A DNA stretch of 64,000 nt from Octopus sinensis (taxonomy: Eukaryota), in the NCBI RefSeq assembly GCF_006345805.1, contig NC_043010.1:62868001-62932000 (forward strand). The letters are read 5' to 3'. Positions 39,501 through 51,728 of the stretch are shown here, one piece after another (positions within the stretch are counted from its first letter, which is position 1; each line of letters opens with the position of its first letter). Below the pieces are notes generated by a model. It did not search any database and was not told where the DNA came from. It worked only from the letters and a program-made list of their open reading frames with translations. A program made the position numbers and the translations under genes.

Positions 39501-40140
39501 ATACATAATATACACACACATACATACATATATACGTAAATATATACACACACACACACACATACATACATATATATACATAAATATATACACACACATA
39601 CATACACACATACATATATACATAAATATATACACACACATACATACATACATTCATGCATACATATACACACACACACACACACACATACATCATACAT
39701 TCATATACATACACACACACATACAGACATACATTCATGCATACATATACACACACACACACATACATATATACATAAATATATACACACACATACACAC
39801 GTACACACATTCATGCATACATACACACATACACACGTAGATACATACACACATACATACACATGCACGCACAGAGGCATACACATGAATATTGATACAT
39901 ACACACATATACACACGCACTTACACACACGCAGACGTACAGAAAGATATATGCATGCACAATATGCATCCACACGTATATACACACATCCAATTTATAC
40001 ACCCTTTCACCCTCTCAGCCACCCTTACATCACCATAACAAACGCACACATGCGCACAGAAACAGCTGCACATATATATACACACACACACACACATTGC
40101 ACCCACCAACACCATTTCCACAAAAATATCCCAGTACCTT

Positions 40141-40178
<38 letters not shown>

Positions 40179-40469
40179 CACATACATACACACACACATA
40201 TACACTCACACATATACACACATACACACACATATACACACACATACACACACATACACAAACACATACACACACATATACACACACATACACACACATA
40301 TATACACACACACATACACATACATATACACACACATACACACACACATATACACACACATACACACACACACACACATACACACGCACAAGCTTATGCG
40401 CCGCCGCTACCATCACGAATACCACTACCACCGCCACCAGCATCTACCACCATACACATCACTGCCTGA

Positions 40470-40503
<34 letters not shown>

Positions 40504-41560
40504 TACACACAACCTACACACCGCCGCAACCATCATCACCACCACCACCACCACCATCATACAAACAGTGCCATCGACATACCCTCGCCACCCCACCACC
40601 ATCTCCAGCATTGCTAGAATGTACCACCACGCCCCACCAGCCGTCATGACCGCCTCCACCACAACCATCACCACCACCACCATCACCAGGCTGCCAGTTT
40701 GTCTCTCCTCCTCTCTTTCTCTTTCTCACACACACCTCCTTCCCCCCACCACCAACCACCACCACTCAGCCATACCCTTGCTTCATTCCACTCTGACATA
40801 CCCCACCCCCACCACCACCTCCACCATTGCTACTAACAAACATACCATTACCATCATCATCATCATCATCACTACCAACACCATAACCACCACCACCACC
40901 ACCTTCACCAAGACACCTTGATCTCCCCTACCCACCACCACCTAACACACACACACAGGCGAACACACACACTGCTCTCCACCCTCAACATACCCTTTTC
41001 ATCAGTGTACAGGTGCCCTGGGTTTGGGGTGGTGGTGGTGGTTCTGGTGGTGGTGGTGGTGGTGGTGGAACAATGTAAATGAGATGTAGACGTTAGTGGG
41101 GGTGGAGGAGGAGGAGGAAGAGTAGGCTGGTGGTAGGGCACACAACACCCAAGACACCCTGCATACCCCCACCCCACCCCGCCACTCCGCCATCCACCCC
41201 GTCCCCTCCCCTTCCACCCTAAGGTGGTGGAATGTAGGAGTGGCTGAGTTCATCAGTGGAGAAGGGTGGGAGGGGGGACAAGGAATGGTGGTGCTAGAGG
41301 CGGGGGGGGAGGGAGAGTACAGGAAAAGGTGAGTGGTGTTGGTTGGGAAGTGGGTGGAGACAGTGGTGGCGGCGGCGGCGACGGTGGTGGTGGTGGTGGT
41401 GGTGGTGTGGTTGGTTATAGTGGTATGGGTTGTAGTATAGGGGTTGGCAGCAATGGTGGTGTGATTAGTAGTTGGGTTGGTAGTGGTAGTGGTGGTATAC
41501 TTGTGTGTGTGTGTATGTGCTACATATATATATGTACTTGTGTATGTACATACATACATA
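35580..41560. repeat. Large composite ACC/ACT/AC/ATAC low-complexity domain
   Basis: Simple repeats dominate; contains a minus-strand family C SINE at ~36190-36490. Confidence 0.9.
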
Positions 41561-41782
41561 TATGTATGTATATATAAATAAATACAAGATCCAAGGATCA
41601 AGGTGTAGGAAGAAAGTTAGCTTCAAGCAATGTGTAGTGAATGTATTAAAAAAATCAACATTCAGGAAGAACAGTGGTTTATTGAGATGGAAGGTTGCTG
41701 ATTTCCCATACTCCATTCTGTAAGTCTTCAAAGTCTTCAATTCTCCCTCCCTCTCTTGCTCTCTCTCTCTCTCTCTCTCCTC

Positions 41783-41818
<36 letters not shown>

Positions 41819-41819
41819 A

Positions 41820-42020
41820 GTTATCCAAACAAGAAAGCACAAAAAAACACAACAACGCGAGGACGTGGAACAAATATAGTATTATTGGACGCTCAGGAAA
41901 GAAGGAAAGAAGGAGAGTTTAACGTTTCGAGCGGAGCTCTTTGTCGGAAAGATCCAGAGAAGGGAAGACAGAGGAAAAAAAAATCGCCAACGGTACACAC
42001 GTGGTCACATTTTGAATATA
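41820..42020 (-). mobile_element. Family E1 terminus remnant, decayed hammerhead at 41917-41951
   Basis: CTTT-CCGACAA-A-GAGC-TCC-GCTC-GAAA-CGTT-AAAC. Confidence 0.7.
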
Positions 42021-42217
42021 TATAATATATACATACAATATTAGATATGTACATATATACACAAGGGTACTACATGAGTACCTATATCGCTAATGATAGA
42101 AGTAAAAAAATACTTCTATACCACCAAATAGTCACAAATCCATTACAGACAAGATAGGAAAAAATATTAGTGATCAATAGTAATGTCTTACCTCAAATGG
42201 GTATTTATATATATATA

Positions 42218-42529
42218 CACCGTGACTGTGACCGACCAGGCTATCAGATGTTGTTACACATCGCTGGTCACAATGCGCTTCACATTGTTTTAGCCTTGAA
42301 ATGACGCCACCCTGCTGGCTAAGCAAGCAGGCCAACAGAAGAAAGAGTGAGAGAAAGTTGTGGTGAAAGAGTACAGCAGGGATCGCCACCCCCACCCCCC
42401 TGCCGGAGCCTCGTGGAGTTTTAGGTGTTTTCGCTCAATAAACACTCACAATGCCCGGTCTGGGAATCGAAACCGCGATCCTACGACCGCGAGTCCGCTG
42501 CCCTAACCACTAGGCCATTGCGCCTCCAC
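42218..42529 (-). mobile_element. Full-length tRNA-SINE (head 1 + tail B) inserted in (TA)n
   Basis: A box TGGCCTAGTGG and B box GGTTTCGATTCC on the minus strand; flanked by tttatatatatat on both sides. Confidence 0.93.
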
Positions 42530-42946
42530 TTTATATATATATATATACTTGAAAATTGTTAGGACTCTAGGATATTTTCCTACTTTTCATAACATGAAAC
42601 CAATGGTAGCCTTAATTCACAAATAAAGAATTTGTATCCACCAGTGCAGTGTTGAGCACTTATTCCATTGTTCGGCATTTACTTTTGCACCTGAAGAATA
42701 TGTTTGAGTTCTCTCAAAAAATGAAGCTATTAGTGTGCTTTGATACGTGTATTGTGTCCTTTAAATAATAATATTTATCTCTCATTGGATGGAGTACATT
42801 TTTCGTTTAATTTTCTATCACGGATCAGTACATTATGTATATTTATATATAGTAAATCCAAAAAAGAACAAACACATAAACACAACAACGTGAGGATGTG
42901 GTACATGTAATTTATTAGCAGACGCTCAGGAAAGGAAAGAAAGATG

Positions 42947-42982
42947 GTTTAACGTTTCGAGCAGACACTCATCTTCAGAAAC
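42947..42982 (-). ncRNA. Minimal type I hammerhead ribozyme, canonical core with one extra nt after A9 (family E1)
   Basis: GTTT-CTGAAGA-T-GAGT-GTCT-GCTC-GAAA-CG-TT|AAAC; ACGT palindrome as stem III; predicted cleavage between 42951 and 42950. Confidence 0.75.
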
Positions 42983-43163
42983 AGAGGAAAGTCCAAAAGA
43001 AGGGAAGACAGAGGAAGAAAATCGCCAACGATTCACATGTGGTTACATATATACGCACCGTGTGCATTACCATTATTGTCTGACAAATGGTGATGTGAAA
43101 CTCTGAATAACAGTTTATAAAGATTTTGTTAGTATGTGTATAAACAGCTGTTAAGTAATATCC

Positions 43164-44320
43164 TCCTCATCATCATTTAACGTCTGCTTTCCATGCTAGC
43201 ATGGGTTGGACGATTTGATTGAGGACTGGCAAACCAGATAGCTGCACCAGGCTCCATTCTTGATCTGGCAGAGTTTCTACAGCTTGAGGCCCTTCCTAAT
43301 GCAAACCATTCCGAGAGTGTAGTGAGTGCTTTTATGTGCCACCAGCACAAGGGCCAGTCAGGCGGTACTTGCAACAGCCACTCTCGAATGGTGTTTTTTA
43401 TGTGCCACCTGCACAGGAGCCAGTCCAGCGGTACTGGCAACGACCTCGCTCGAATGTTTTTTTACGTTCCACTGGTACAAGTGCCAGTAAGGCGATGCTG
43501 GTAACGATCACGCTCGAATGGTGCTTTTTATGTGTCACCTGCACAGAAGCCAGTTAGCTGCTCTAGTAACAATTATGCTTGGATGGTGCTCTTAGCGCTC
43601 CACTAGCATGGAGGCCAGTCATCGAATGTGATTTTGATTTCACAAGCAGAGTTTAGTGTCCAATGAAGGAAAGGCATGCATGACGTAGTCAGTCCACCTG
43701 TGCATACCTTCCTTCTTGTGACACTTGTGAAGACCTGTTGAGGCAAGTGAAAATCAAATCAAATCAAAACAAATCAAAATAGATGAAACATCAATGGAAT
43801 TTGTATCTTTGTGTACCAGTGCCGGTGGCACGGGCACATAAGAAAACCATCGAACGTGGCCGTAGCCAGTACCGCATCGACTGGCCTCCGTGATGTGGGC
43901 ACGTAACAAGCACCATCCGATCGTGGCCGTTTCCAGCCTCATCTGGCACCGTGTCGGTTGGCACATAAAAACACCATCCGAGCGTGGCCGTCTGCCAGCC
44001 TCGTCTGGCACCTGTGGTGGTGGCACATAAAAACACCATCCGAGCGTGGCTCTGCCAGCCTCGTCTGGCACCTGTGTCGGTGGACACATAAAAAAAACCA
44101 TCCGAGCGTGGCCGTCTGCCAGCCTCGTTGGCACCTGTGTCGGTGGCACAAAAATCACCCACTACACTCTCGGAGTGGTTGGCGTTAGGAAGGGCATCCA
44201 GCTGTAGAAACACTGCCAGATCTTGACTGGACTGGTGCAGCTTTCGGGCTCCCAGACCCAGTTGAACCGTCCAACCCATGCTAGCATGGAAAGCGGACGT
44301 TAAATGATGATGATGATGAT
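43164..44320. mobile_element. Two family D retroposons joined head-to-head (- at 43164-43683, + at 43683-44320)
   Basis: (CAT)n tail on the left, (GAT)n tail on the right; five ~62-bp tandem units at ~43832-44143. Confidence 0.92.
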
Positions 44321-44349
44321 TGATATCTATATTATATATATAATATATT

Positions 44350-44665
44350 GTGGCACCACATCAGTTACAATGACGAGGGTTCCAGTTGATCCGATCAATG
44401 GAACAGCCTGCTTGTGAAATTAACATGTAAGTGGCCGAGTACTCCACAGATACGTGGACCCTTAATGTAGTTCTCGGGGAGATTCAGTGTGACATAGTGT
44501 GTGACAACCTGGCCCTTTGAAATACAGGTACAAGCACGGACTATCGCCAAAGGTCTCGGTCACTAGTCATTGCCACCTTGGGCAAGTGTCTTCTACCATA
44601 GCCTCGGGCCGACCAAAGCCTTGTGAATGGATTTGGTATACAGAAACTGAAAGAAGCCCTTCATA
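44350..44665. mobile_element. SINE tail A fragment (-) fused to a family C fragment (+)
   Basis: gacgagggttccagttgatccgatc...tttgaaatacaggtac, then accttgggcaagtgtcttctacc...gaaagaagccc. Confidence 0.8.
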
Positions 44666-45434
44666 CATATATTAGTGGTGAATATTAGTTTGGAGTGGGA
44701 AGGTGAAGGAAATAGGATTTGTTCAGGGAGGGGAGGTGATAAATGACAGTACAAACAGGAGGTGGAGAGGAGCAATGTGATAAAAGGAGAGGAGATAGTG
44801 GAGAACTAGGGAGATAATGTGAAGTGTGTGGGGGAGAGGGAGAGGGAGAGAAAGAGTGAGAGAGGGGAGAGGAGGGGCATTGACAGACATGGAGATCAGA
44901 GGTACATCGTTGTGGACATAGAGAGCGAGGAAGAAAAGTGGATGGCAGATGAGATATGAGAGCCAAACCATAGTTCAGTAGAAAGTATAATATACAAAGG
45001 GACAATACTGAGAAGAAAGGAAGGGTGACAAAAGGAAGAGGTCCCAATGAGAGAGGGATAACTAATAGTACAAAGGACAGGATGAAATATGAGCAGTTCT
45101 ACTCTCATATAACTACAGCAGCTGAATGGGCAGAGCCATAGACAGAAGAGTGATGAAGGGATGATTGTTATGAAGATGAAATGTGGGAAGACTTGACAAG
45201 GACAGACTCTCAGAGCAGGAACGGAAACATAAATAATATGTTGGTCAGATTCCATATTTGCCGAGATAGACATGTCTTCTCTTCCTACAGCAAATTTGCT
45301 AATCCCTTCACTCCTTTATCCTCCTCTTTGTGAAATTCAATATCTCAAAGTTGATCTCACACACACACACACATGTATATGTCTGTCTGCTTGCCTGTCT
45401 GTTTGCCTGCCTGTCTGTATGTATGTATGTACAC

Positions 45435-45925
45435 TATGGGCTTCTTTCAGTTTCCGTCTGTTATATCCACTCACAAGGCTTTGGTTGGTTGGCCCAAGGC
45501 TACAGTAGAAGACACTTGCCCGAGGTGCAATGCAATGTGATTGAACCCAGAACAATGTGGTTGAGAAGAAAGCGTCTTACCATACAACCATGCCTATATA
45601 TGTAAATATCATCATCATCATCATCATCGTTTAACGTCCGCTTTCCATGCTAGCATGGGTTGGACGGTTCAACTGGGGTCTGGCAAGCCCGAAGGCTGCA
45701 CCAGGCCAGTCAGATCTGGCAGTGTTTCTACAGCTGGATGCCCTTCCTAACGCCAACCACTCCGAGAGTGTAGTGGGTGATTTTATGTGCCACCGACACA
45801 GGTGCCAGACGAGGCTGGCAGACGGTCACGCTCGAATGGTGTTTTTTATGTGCCACCGACACAGGTGCCAGACGAGGCTGGAGAACGGCTACAATTGGAT
45901 GGTGTTTGTTACGTGCCCACAGCAC
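45435..45925 (-). mobile_element. Family C SINE head (45435-45600) and family D retroposon (45607-45925)
   Basis: Diagnostic motifs of both families on the minus strand. Confidence 0.88.
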
Positions 45926-45952
45926 GGGTATATATATATATATATATATAGC

Positions 45953-46030
45953 AAAAACTGTCCGATGAACGGCAACGGGAAACTCAGAGTAACAGGTTTT
46001 GTTGAATTTTCTGCTGCTTTAAATAAAGTA
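45953..46030 (+). ncRNA. Family F hammerhead-like motif (U4C), partly decayed
   Basis: AAAAACTGT-CCGATGA-ACG-GCAA-CGG-GAAA-CTC-A-GAG-TA|ACAGGTTTT. Confidence 0.55.
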
Positions 46031-46294
46031 TATATATATATATATATATATATATGTAATATAATATGTGACAATTATTTGGTTGCCATAAGTCTGCTCC
46101 GGCATCTCGTCAGTTATTAAGACCATCAAAAAATCTTGGAGTTTTATCATAGCAACCAAATAATTGTCACATATTACATTACAGATAAATTCCTCTATTT
46201 ACATAAAATCGAGGTCTCTTCATTTTTTGTTGTCATACCATTGCTATTAATAACAATAATAATAATAATAATAATAATAATATATACATACATC

Positions 46295-46329
<35 letters not shown>

Positions 46330-46330
46330 T

Positions 46331-46368
<38 letters not shown>

Positions 46369-46395
46369 GGTATATATATATATGTATATATATAT

Positions 46396-46464
<69 letters not shown>

Positions 46465-46600
46465 ACGGAAGGTTTACGAAAATAAACAAAAGACGAGGCG
46501 GTGGAGTACAAACAAACAAATGTATTAGTATGGCTCTCAGGAATAGAAATAGAACAAGTCTTTTACGTTTCGAGCCTACGCTCTTCGCAGAAAGACATAT
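46465..46600 (-). mobile_element. Family E2 terminus, hammerhead motif with a 1-nt core deletion (46560-46594)
   Basis: GTCTTT-CTGCGA-A-GAGC-GTAG-GCTC-GAAA-CG-TA|AAAGAC. Confidence 0.7.
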
Positions 46601-46814
46601 ATGTATATGTGTACATATAGCACAAAATGGGAAAAGCTGGACAAGAGGACACACATTGGACATAGAGTCACTGATGACGTCAGAGAATGTGTCATGAAAG
46701 AGCTTTGATAGACATATAAACAAAAAATAATATAAACAAAAACTAAAGCGAAAATCAAATAAATAGTGTGTGTGTGTGTGTCTTTATTCCATGCCCATCC
46801 CCATGTATAATCTT

Positions 46815-47035
46815 TTGATCTTTTACTTGCTTCAGTCATTTGACTGCGGCCATGCTGGAGCACTGCCTTTAGTCGAACAAATCAGCCCCAGGACTTATTC
46901 TGTGTAAGCCTTGTACTTATTCCATCAGTTTCTTTTGCCGAACTGCTGAGTGACTGGGTAGTAAACACACCAACATCGGTTATCAAACACACACACACAC
47001 ACGCACATAAATATATACATACATATATGTGTGTG

Positions 47036-47071
<36 letters not shown>

Positions 47072-47240
47072 CATAAACGATGGGCTTCTTTCAGTTTCCG
47101 TCTACCAAATCCACTAACAAAGCTTTGGTCAGCCTGAGGCTAGAGTAGAAGACACTTGTCCGAGGTGCCACACAGTGAGACTGAACCCGGGACCATGTGG
47201 TTGGGAAGCAAGCTACTTACCACACAGCCACTCCTGCACG
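46815..47240 (-). mobile_element. Full-length family C SINE
   Basis: Tail cttttacttgcttcagtcatttgactgcggccatgctggagc; head accacacagccactcc. Confidence 0.92.
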
Positions 47241-47359
47241 TATACACGCTCACACACACACACACAACACAACCATAAGCTTAAAGATGTGTGTGTATAT
47301 ATATATATATACAAACACACACAAATACATACATATATAATAAGTATGTGTATGTATAT

Positions 47360-47392
<33 letters not shown>

Positions 47393-47768
47393 CTAGCAGT
47401 ATCGCCCGGCGTTGCTCAGGTTTGTAAGGGAAATAACTATAAAGCATTTTTAGAGAGTTATAGCCAAAAAATAGCAAAAAAATGGGAAAAAATGATGGTA
47501 AATTTTTTTGAGAGTTAAAAAAGGTGGAGTTGCGTCCCCTAGACGGTGTGGTTTGGGTTTCTGATTGTCGACCCCATGTCGAATTTATCGATTTTTTTCA
47601 GAACTGGGGGAACTTTTCAAAATTTTTGCTGCGTTAGTTTTGAATTATGACATTGGGCTATGTGTGTGTCAAGTTTCATCAGAATCGGTTGAAAGCCGTG
47701 GTCAGGGTGAGGGTACAACCAAACAGACACACAGAAAACGCACAGACAAACTGCCGTTTATATAGAGA
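47393..47768 (-). mobile_element. Non-autonomous Helitron (subfamily B)
   Basis: Minus strand A|TCTCTATATAAA...CCTGAGCAACGCCGGGCGATACTGCTAG|T; 5' TC, 3' CTAG, subterminal hairpin, A/T target. Confidence 0.88.
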
Positions 47769-48881
47769 TATATATATATATATATATATAGATATATGTA
47801 TATAAATATATATATATATATATACATGTATATATATATACATATATATATATACATGTATATATATACACACACATATATATACACATATATTATATAT
47901 ATATGTGTGTGTGTGTGTTGCGTAATTAATTAATTAAGGCTAATCCAGTAATCCAGTGGGTTGTGTATTAGAATGTTGGACTCTAATATGGTTGTGAATT
48001 CTTAAATGCTTTTTTGGTAACATCAACAGAAATGTGTGTGTGTGCGTGTGTGTCTTTATGTACACACACACACACACACTCAGACATTTGTATGTATGTG
48101 TACGCGTATGTGTATGATTACAATAATGGCATTGTAAGTCTACGTGGGTGTGTGCATGCGTGTGAATGTGAAGTGTTGCTATATTGGTCTGTTTGTGAGT
48201 TTATCACTGTTATTGTTATGAAAGGAAGTGTGTGCACCTATAGATGTGTGTGTGTGTGTCAGTGTCTGTGTGTGTGCATATGTGTGTGTCAGTGTCTGTG
48301 TGTGTGCGTATGTGTGTGTCAGTGTCTGTGTGTGTGCGAGTGTGTGTGTCAGTGTCTGTGTTTGTATGTGTGTGTCTGTGTGTGAGTGTGTGTCTGTGTG
48401 TGTGTGTGTGTCAGTGAGTGTGTGTGTGTGAATGAGTGTGTATGTATGAATGTGTGTGTGTATAAGTGAGAGTGTATGCGTGTATGTGTATGTATGTGTG
48501 TATCAGTGAGTGTGTCTGTGTGTGTGTCAGTGAGTGAGTGTGTGTATGTGTGTGTATGAGTGTATCAGTGAATGTGTGGTGTGTGTGTGTGTGTGTGTGT
48601 GAGTGAGTGAGTGTTTGTATGTGTGTGTGTATGAGTGTGTGTGTATGCATGTGCATGTGTATGTGTGTATGTGTATATGTGTATGCATGTGTATGTGTGT
48701 GGGTATGTGTGTGTACATGCAAATGCCAGTTCTCTATATGTACTCTTGTATGCAGATATGTTTACGTGTGACTGATGTGTTATGCGTATATGTCTTTTAT
48801 GGGCAGATCTATCTATCTGTGTGTATTTACACACACACACACACGCTACCATACATATATAAACTACCATACATATGTAAA

Positions 48882-49345
48882 CGAGGTCTGATCAATAAGT
48901 ATCCGGACTGTTGCCATAGTAACGAAGCTAAAGCATGCTGAATGAAGTTGCTTGGCACAGATTGACCTTGAACTCTGCTGTGCATGTGCACCAAGTTTTA
49001 ACGTTTGTGCTCACTTCCACTGTTTACAGCAGTGCTTGGAAGGAAGGTGTGTAGTGTGTGATCGTTGAATTGAACATGACAGACAAATTTGACCAGAGAA
49101 TCTGCATCTAATTTTGCCAAATGTTTGGCGATACCTGCTCAGCGGCCTACACAAAACTTCTGAAAATTTTTTATCATTCTCAACACAATCAGAATATTAT
49201 GCAACAAAAACCTGAGTGTCTTTTTGGTCAGCTGAAAGCAGTTTTGGCACAAACATGGCAGACACGTGTCTTGTACCCAAATCTTCCGTGATAATGGACT
49301 GAACTGAGCGATAACTAATCTGCACATCCTCTGATAACTCACAAA
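48882..49345. mobile_element. Mariner transposon remnant with internal inversion
   Basis: Left TIR-like CGAGGTCTGATCAATAAGTATCCGGAC; + strand MTDKFDQRICI*FCQMFGDTCSAAYTKL (49076-49165); - strand ICELSEDVQISYRSVQSIITEDLGTRHVSAMFVPKLLSADQK (to ~49345), the mariner HTH/WVPxxL region. Confidence 0.85.
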
Positions 49346-49504
49346 TGACTACCTCATGATTGCAAGCCCAATGCTCTAACCACTGAGCCGTGCACTTGTA
49401 CTGCATACATACATGATGGTCGTCCACTCATGACCGAGGAAAACCAGTACTGACCTTTAGGACCATCAGGTGCTCAAGACTACCTTATACTATACACTTG
49501 CAGC

Positions 49505-50010
49505 TCCGTGTACACACATAAAGACATACACACACACATACATATATACACAACACACATATATACACGCATACACACATACATAAATATATATATACAT
49601 ACAAACATACACACATACATACACACATGCACACATACATACACACTCTCACACACATACATATATACATACACACCACATACATACATTCACACCACAT
49701 ACATACACACGCACACATACATACATACACACACATACATACACAAACATGCATACATACACAAACATACATACACACACATAATACATACATACACGCA
49801 CACATACGTACACACATACATACATATATACATACATGCACACACATACATACATGCACACACATACATACATACACACATACATACATACATACATACA
49901 CATATACACCTACATACATACATACATACACATACATACATACATACAAACATACATACATACATACATACATACATACATACATACATACATACATGTA
50001 TGTATTTATA
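49505..50010. repeat. (AC)n/(ATAC)n block
   Basis: Simple repeats. Confidence 0.95.
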
Positions 50011-51081
50011 TGCACAGAATATTCCACAAGTGGGGAAAACAGTACCAAGTGTATATTATATCCCATTTATTGTAAACTGAGAACTCCTAAAACTGTTACT
50101 CTGAGTTTCATGTTTCCAATTTTTGGAAATAAACTCCTTAACCATTTAACCATGCCCATGCCCACCCCTGCACCCAGCCCTTCACATGTATATAAATATA
50201 TATGCATGTATACAAACATGTGTATCTAATAATAATGTCATGAAGTGCCAACCAAAACCTCCCCTTTTTTTTGTTCAGTTTCCTTAACTCTCACCATCTC
50301 TAAAACTCAGCTGGTGTACTAATTAGCCTGTTAGCTCAGCCACCTCCTCTGAAGATATGAAATAGAAACTGTAAGACAGATGGAATGGAGAGAGAGAGAT
50401 GGGAAAATGAGTGGAAGTATGCTCATCAGTAGACTGTTTTATTAAAGAGGGAGCCAGTACATGGCCAGCCAATCTGCTAAAAGTAGCAGCCAAAACTCTA
50501 ACAACTCACACCCTGCCCTCTTTAATTAGAGTAGGAAATATTATTGTCATTTCATTGTTGTTGTCGTTATTATCATCATTTGTAACATCTGTTTTTCATG
50601 CTGGCATAGGTTGGAAGTTTTGACAGGATCCAGCAAGATTCAAGAGTGTGCCAAGCTCCACTCTCAGCTTTAGTCTGGTTTCTATGGATGGATGCTCGTC
50701 CCAATGCCAACCCCATGGTAAAATGTCCAAGATGGGGACTTTTTATCATGCCCCTGGTATCTGTAAGGCCACAAAATTATTTGCAACATATAAGAAGAAT
50801 AGAAAAAGGAAATAATCATATATACATACATATCAGCACACATGCACATTTACACACAAACACACGTACACACAAACACACTCACACATAAACACACACA
50901 CACAAACACATGCACACAAACAAACACAAAAACACACACAAAACACAAACACACACATACAAAGAGACACACACAAACACAAACACACATACATACAAAT
51001 AGAACTGGTAAGAGAAGTGAGGTGAAAGAATGGATGTTTATTTCATTTGTTTACAGCTGTTTCATAATCTGTTTAGTCATA

Positions 51082-51387
51082 TCTTTATATATAAAATTGA
51101 AGTTGTGTGTGTGAGACTCTGTCTCCTCCGATTTAGATTCCTAACTACTCCCACATTTTGCGGTGCAGTTTAACCAAAAGCGGGTATCTTATAGTCATCA
51201 TTCATATCGAGCCGTTCAGGGTATTAGCGCGCGTCTACGATGAGTGTACGATTTAAAAAAAATTTACCATCATTTTTCCGCATTTTTAATGATTTTTGCT
51301 CGGGTTATATAAGGGAAGTAACTCTCTAAAAATGCTTATATAGTTATTTCCTTTACAAACCCGAGCAACGCCAGGCGATACTGCTAG
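51082..51387 (+). mobile_element. Non-autonomous Helitron (subfamily A, short form)
   Basis: A|TCTTTATATATAAAA...CCCGAGCAACGCCAGGCGATACTGCTAG|T. Confidence 0.9.
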
Positions 51388-51692
51388 TATATATATATAT
51401 ATATATACAATCCAAATAAGAAGACAATGAAAGTCTTTAACACATCCTTAATGACCAATTACAATTGTTTCTGTTTCAATTCTGCTTTCAACACCAGTTC
51501 ACATAAAAGTTCCAAGTGAAAATTCAGATTATATTTTCAATTTTAACCATTAACATGACCTGCATCAAAGGTGCACTCTTTTGTTGTGTGTCCGGATGTT
51601 CTACACCTGGAATCTGCCAGTGTAGATAGCTTAAAGTTTGGGTTGAGCCTTGTGAGTGGATTTGGTAGATGTAAACTGAAAGAATCTCTTCA

Positions 51693-51728
<36 letters not shown>

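Noticed and set aside
46670-46712. CTGATGA...GAAA on the plus strand
   Set aside because: No valid stem II closing pair or stem III/UH geometry
50349-50380. CTGAAGA-TAT-GAA-ATA-GAAA-CTG-TA perfect hammerhead core
   Set aside because: Stem I has only 2 bp and no paralogue is seen in the window, so it is compatible with chance
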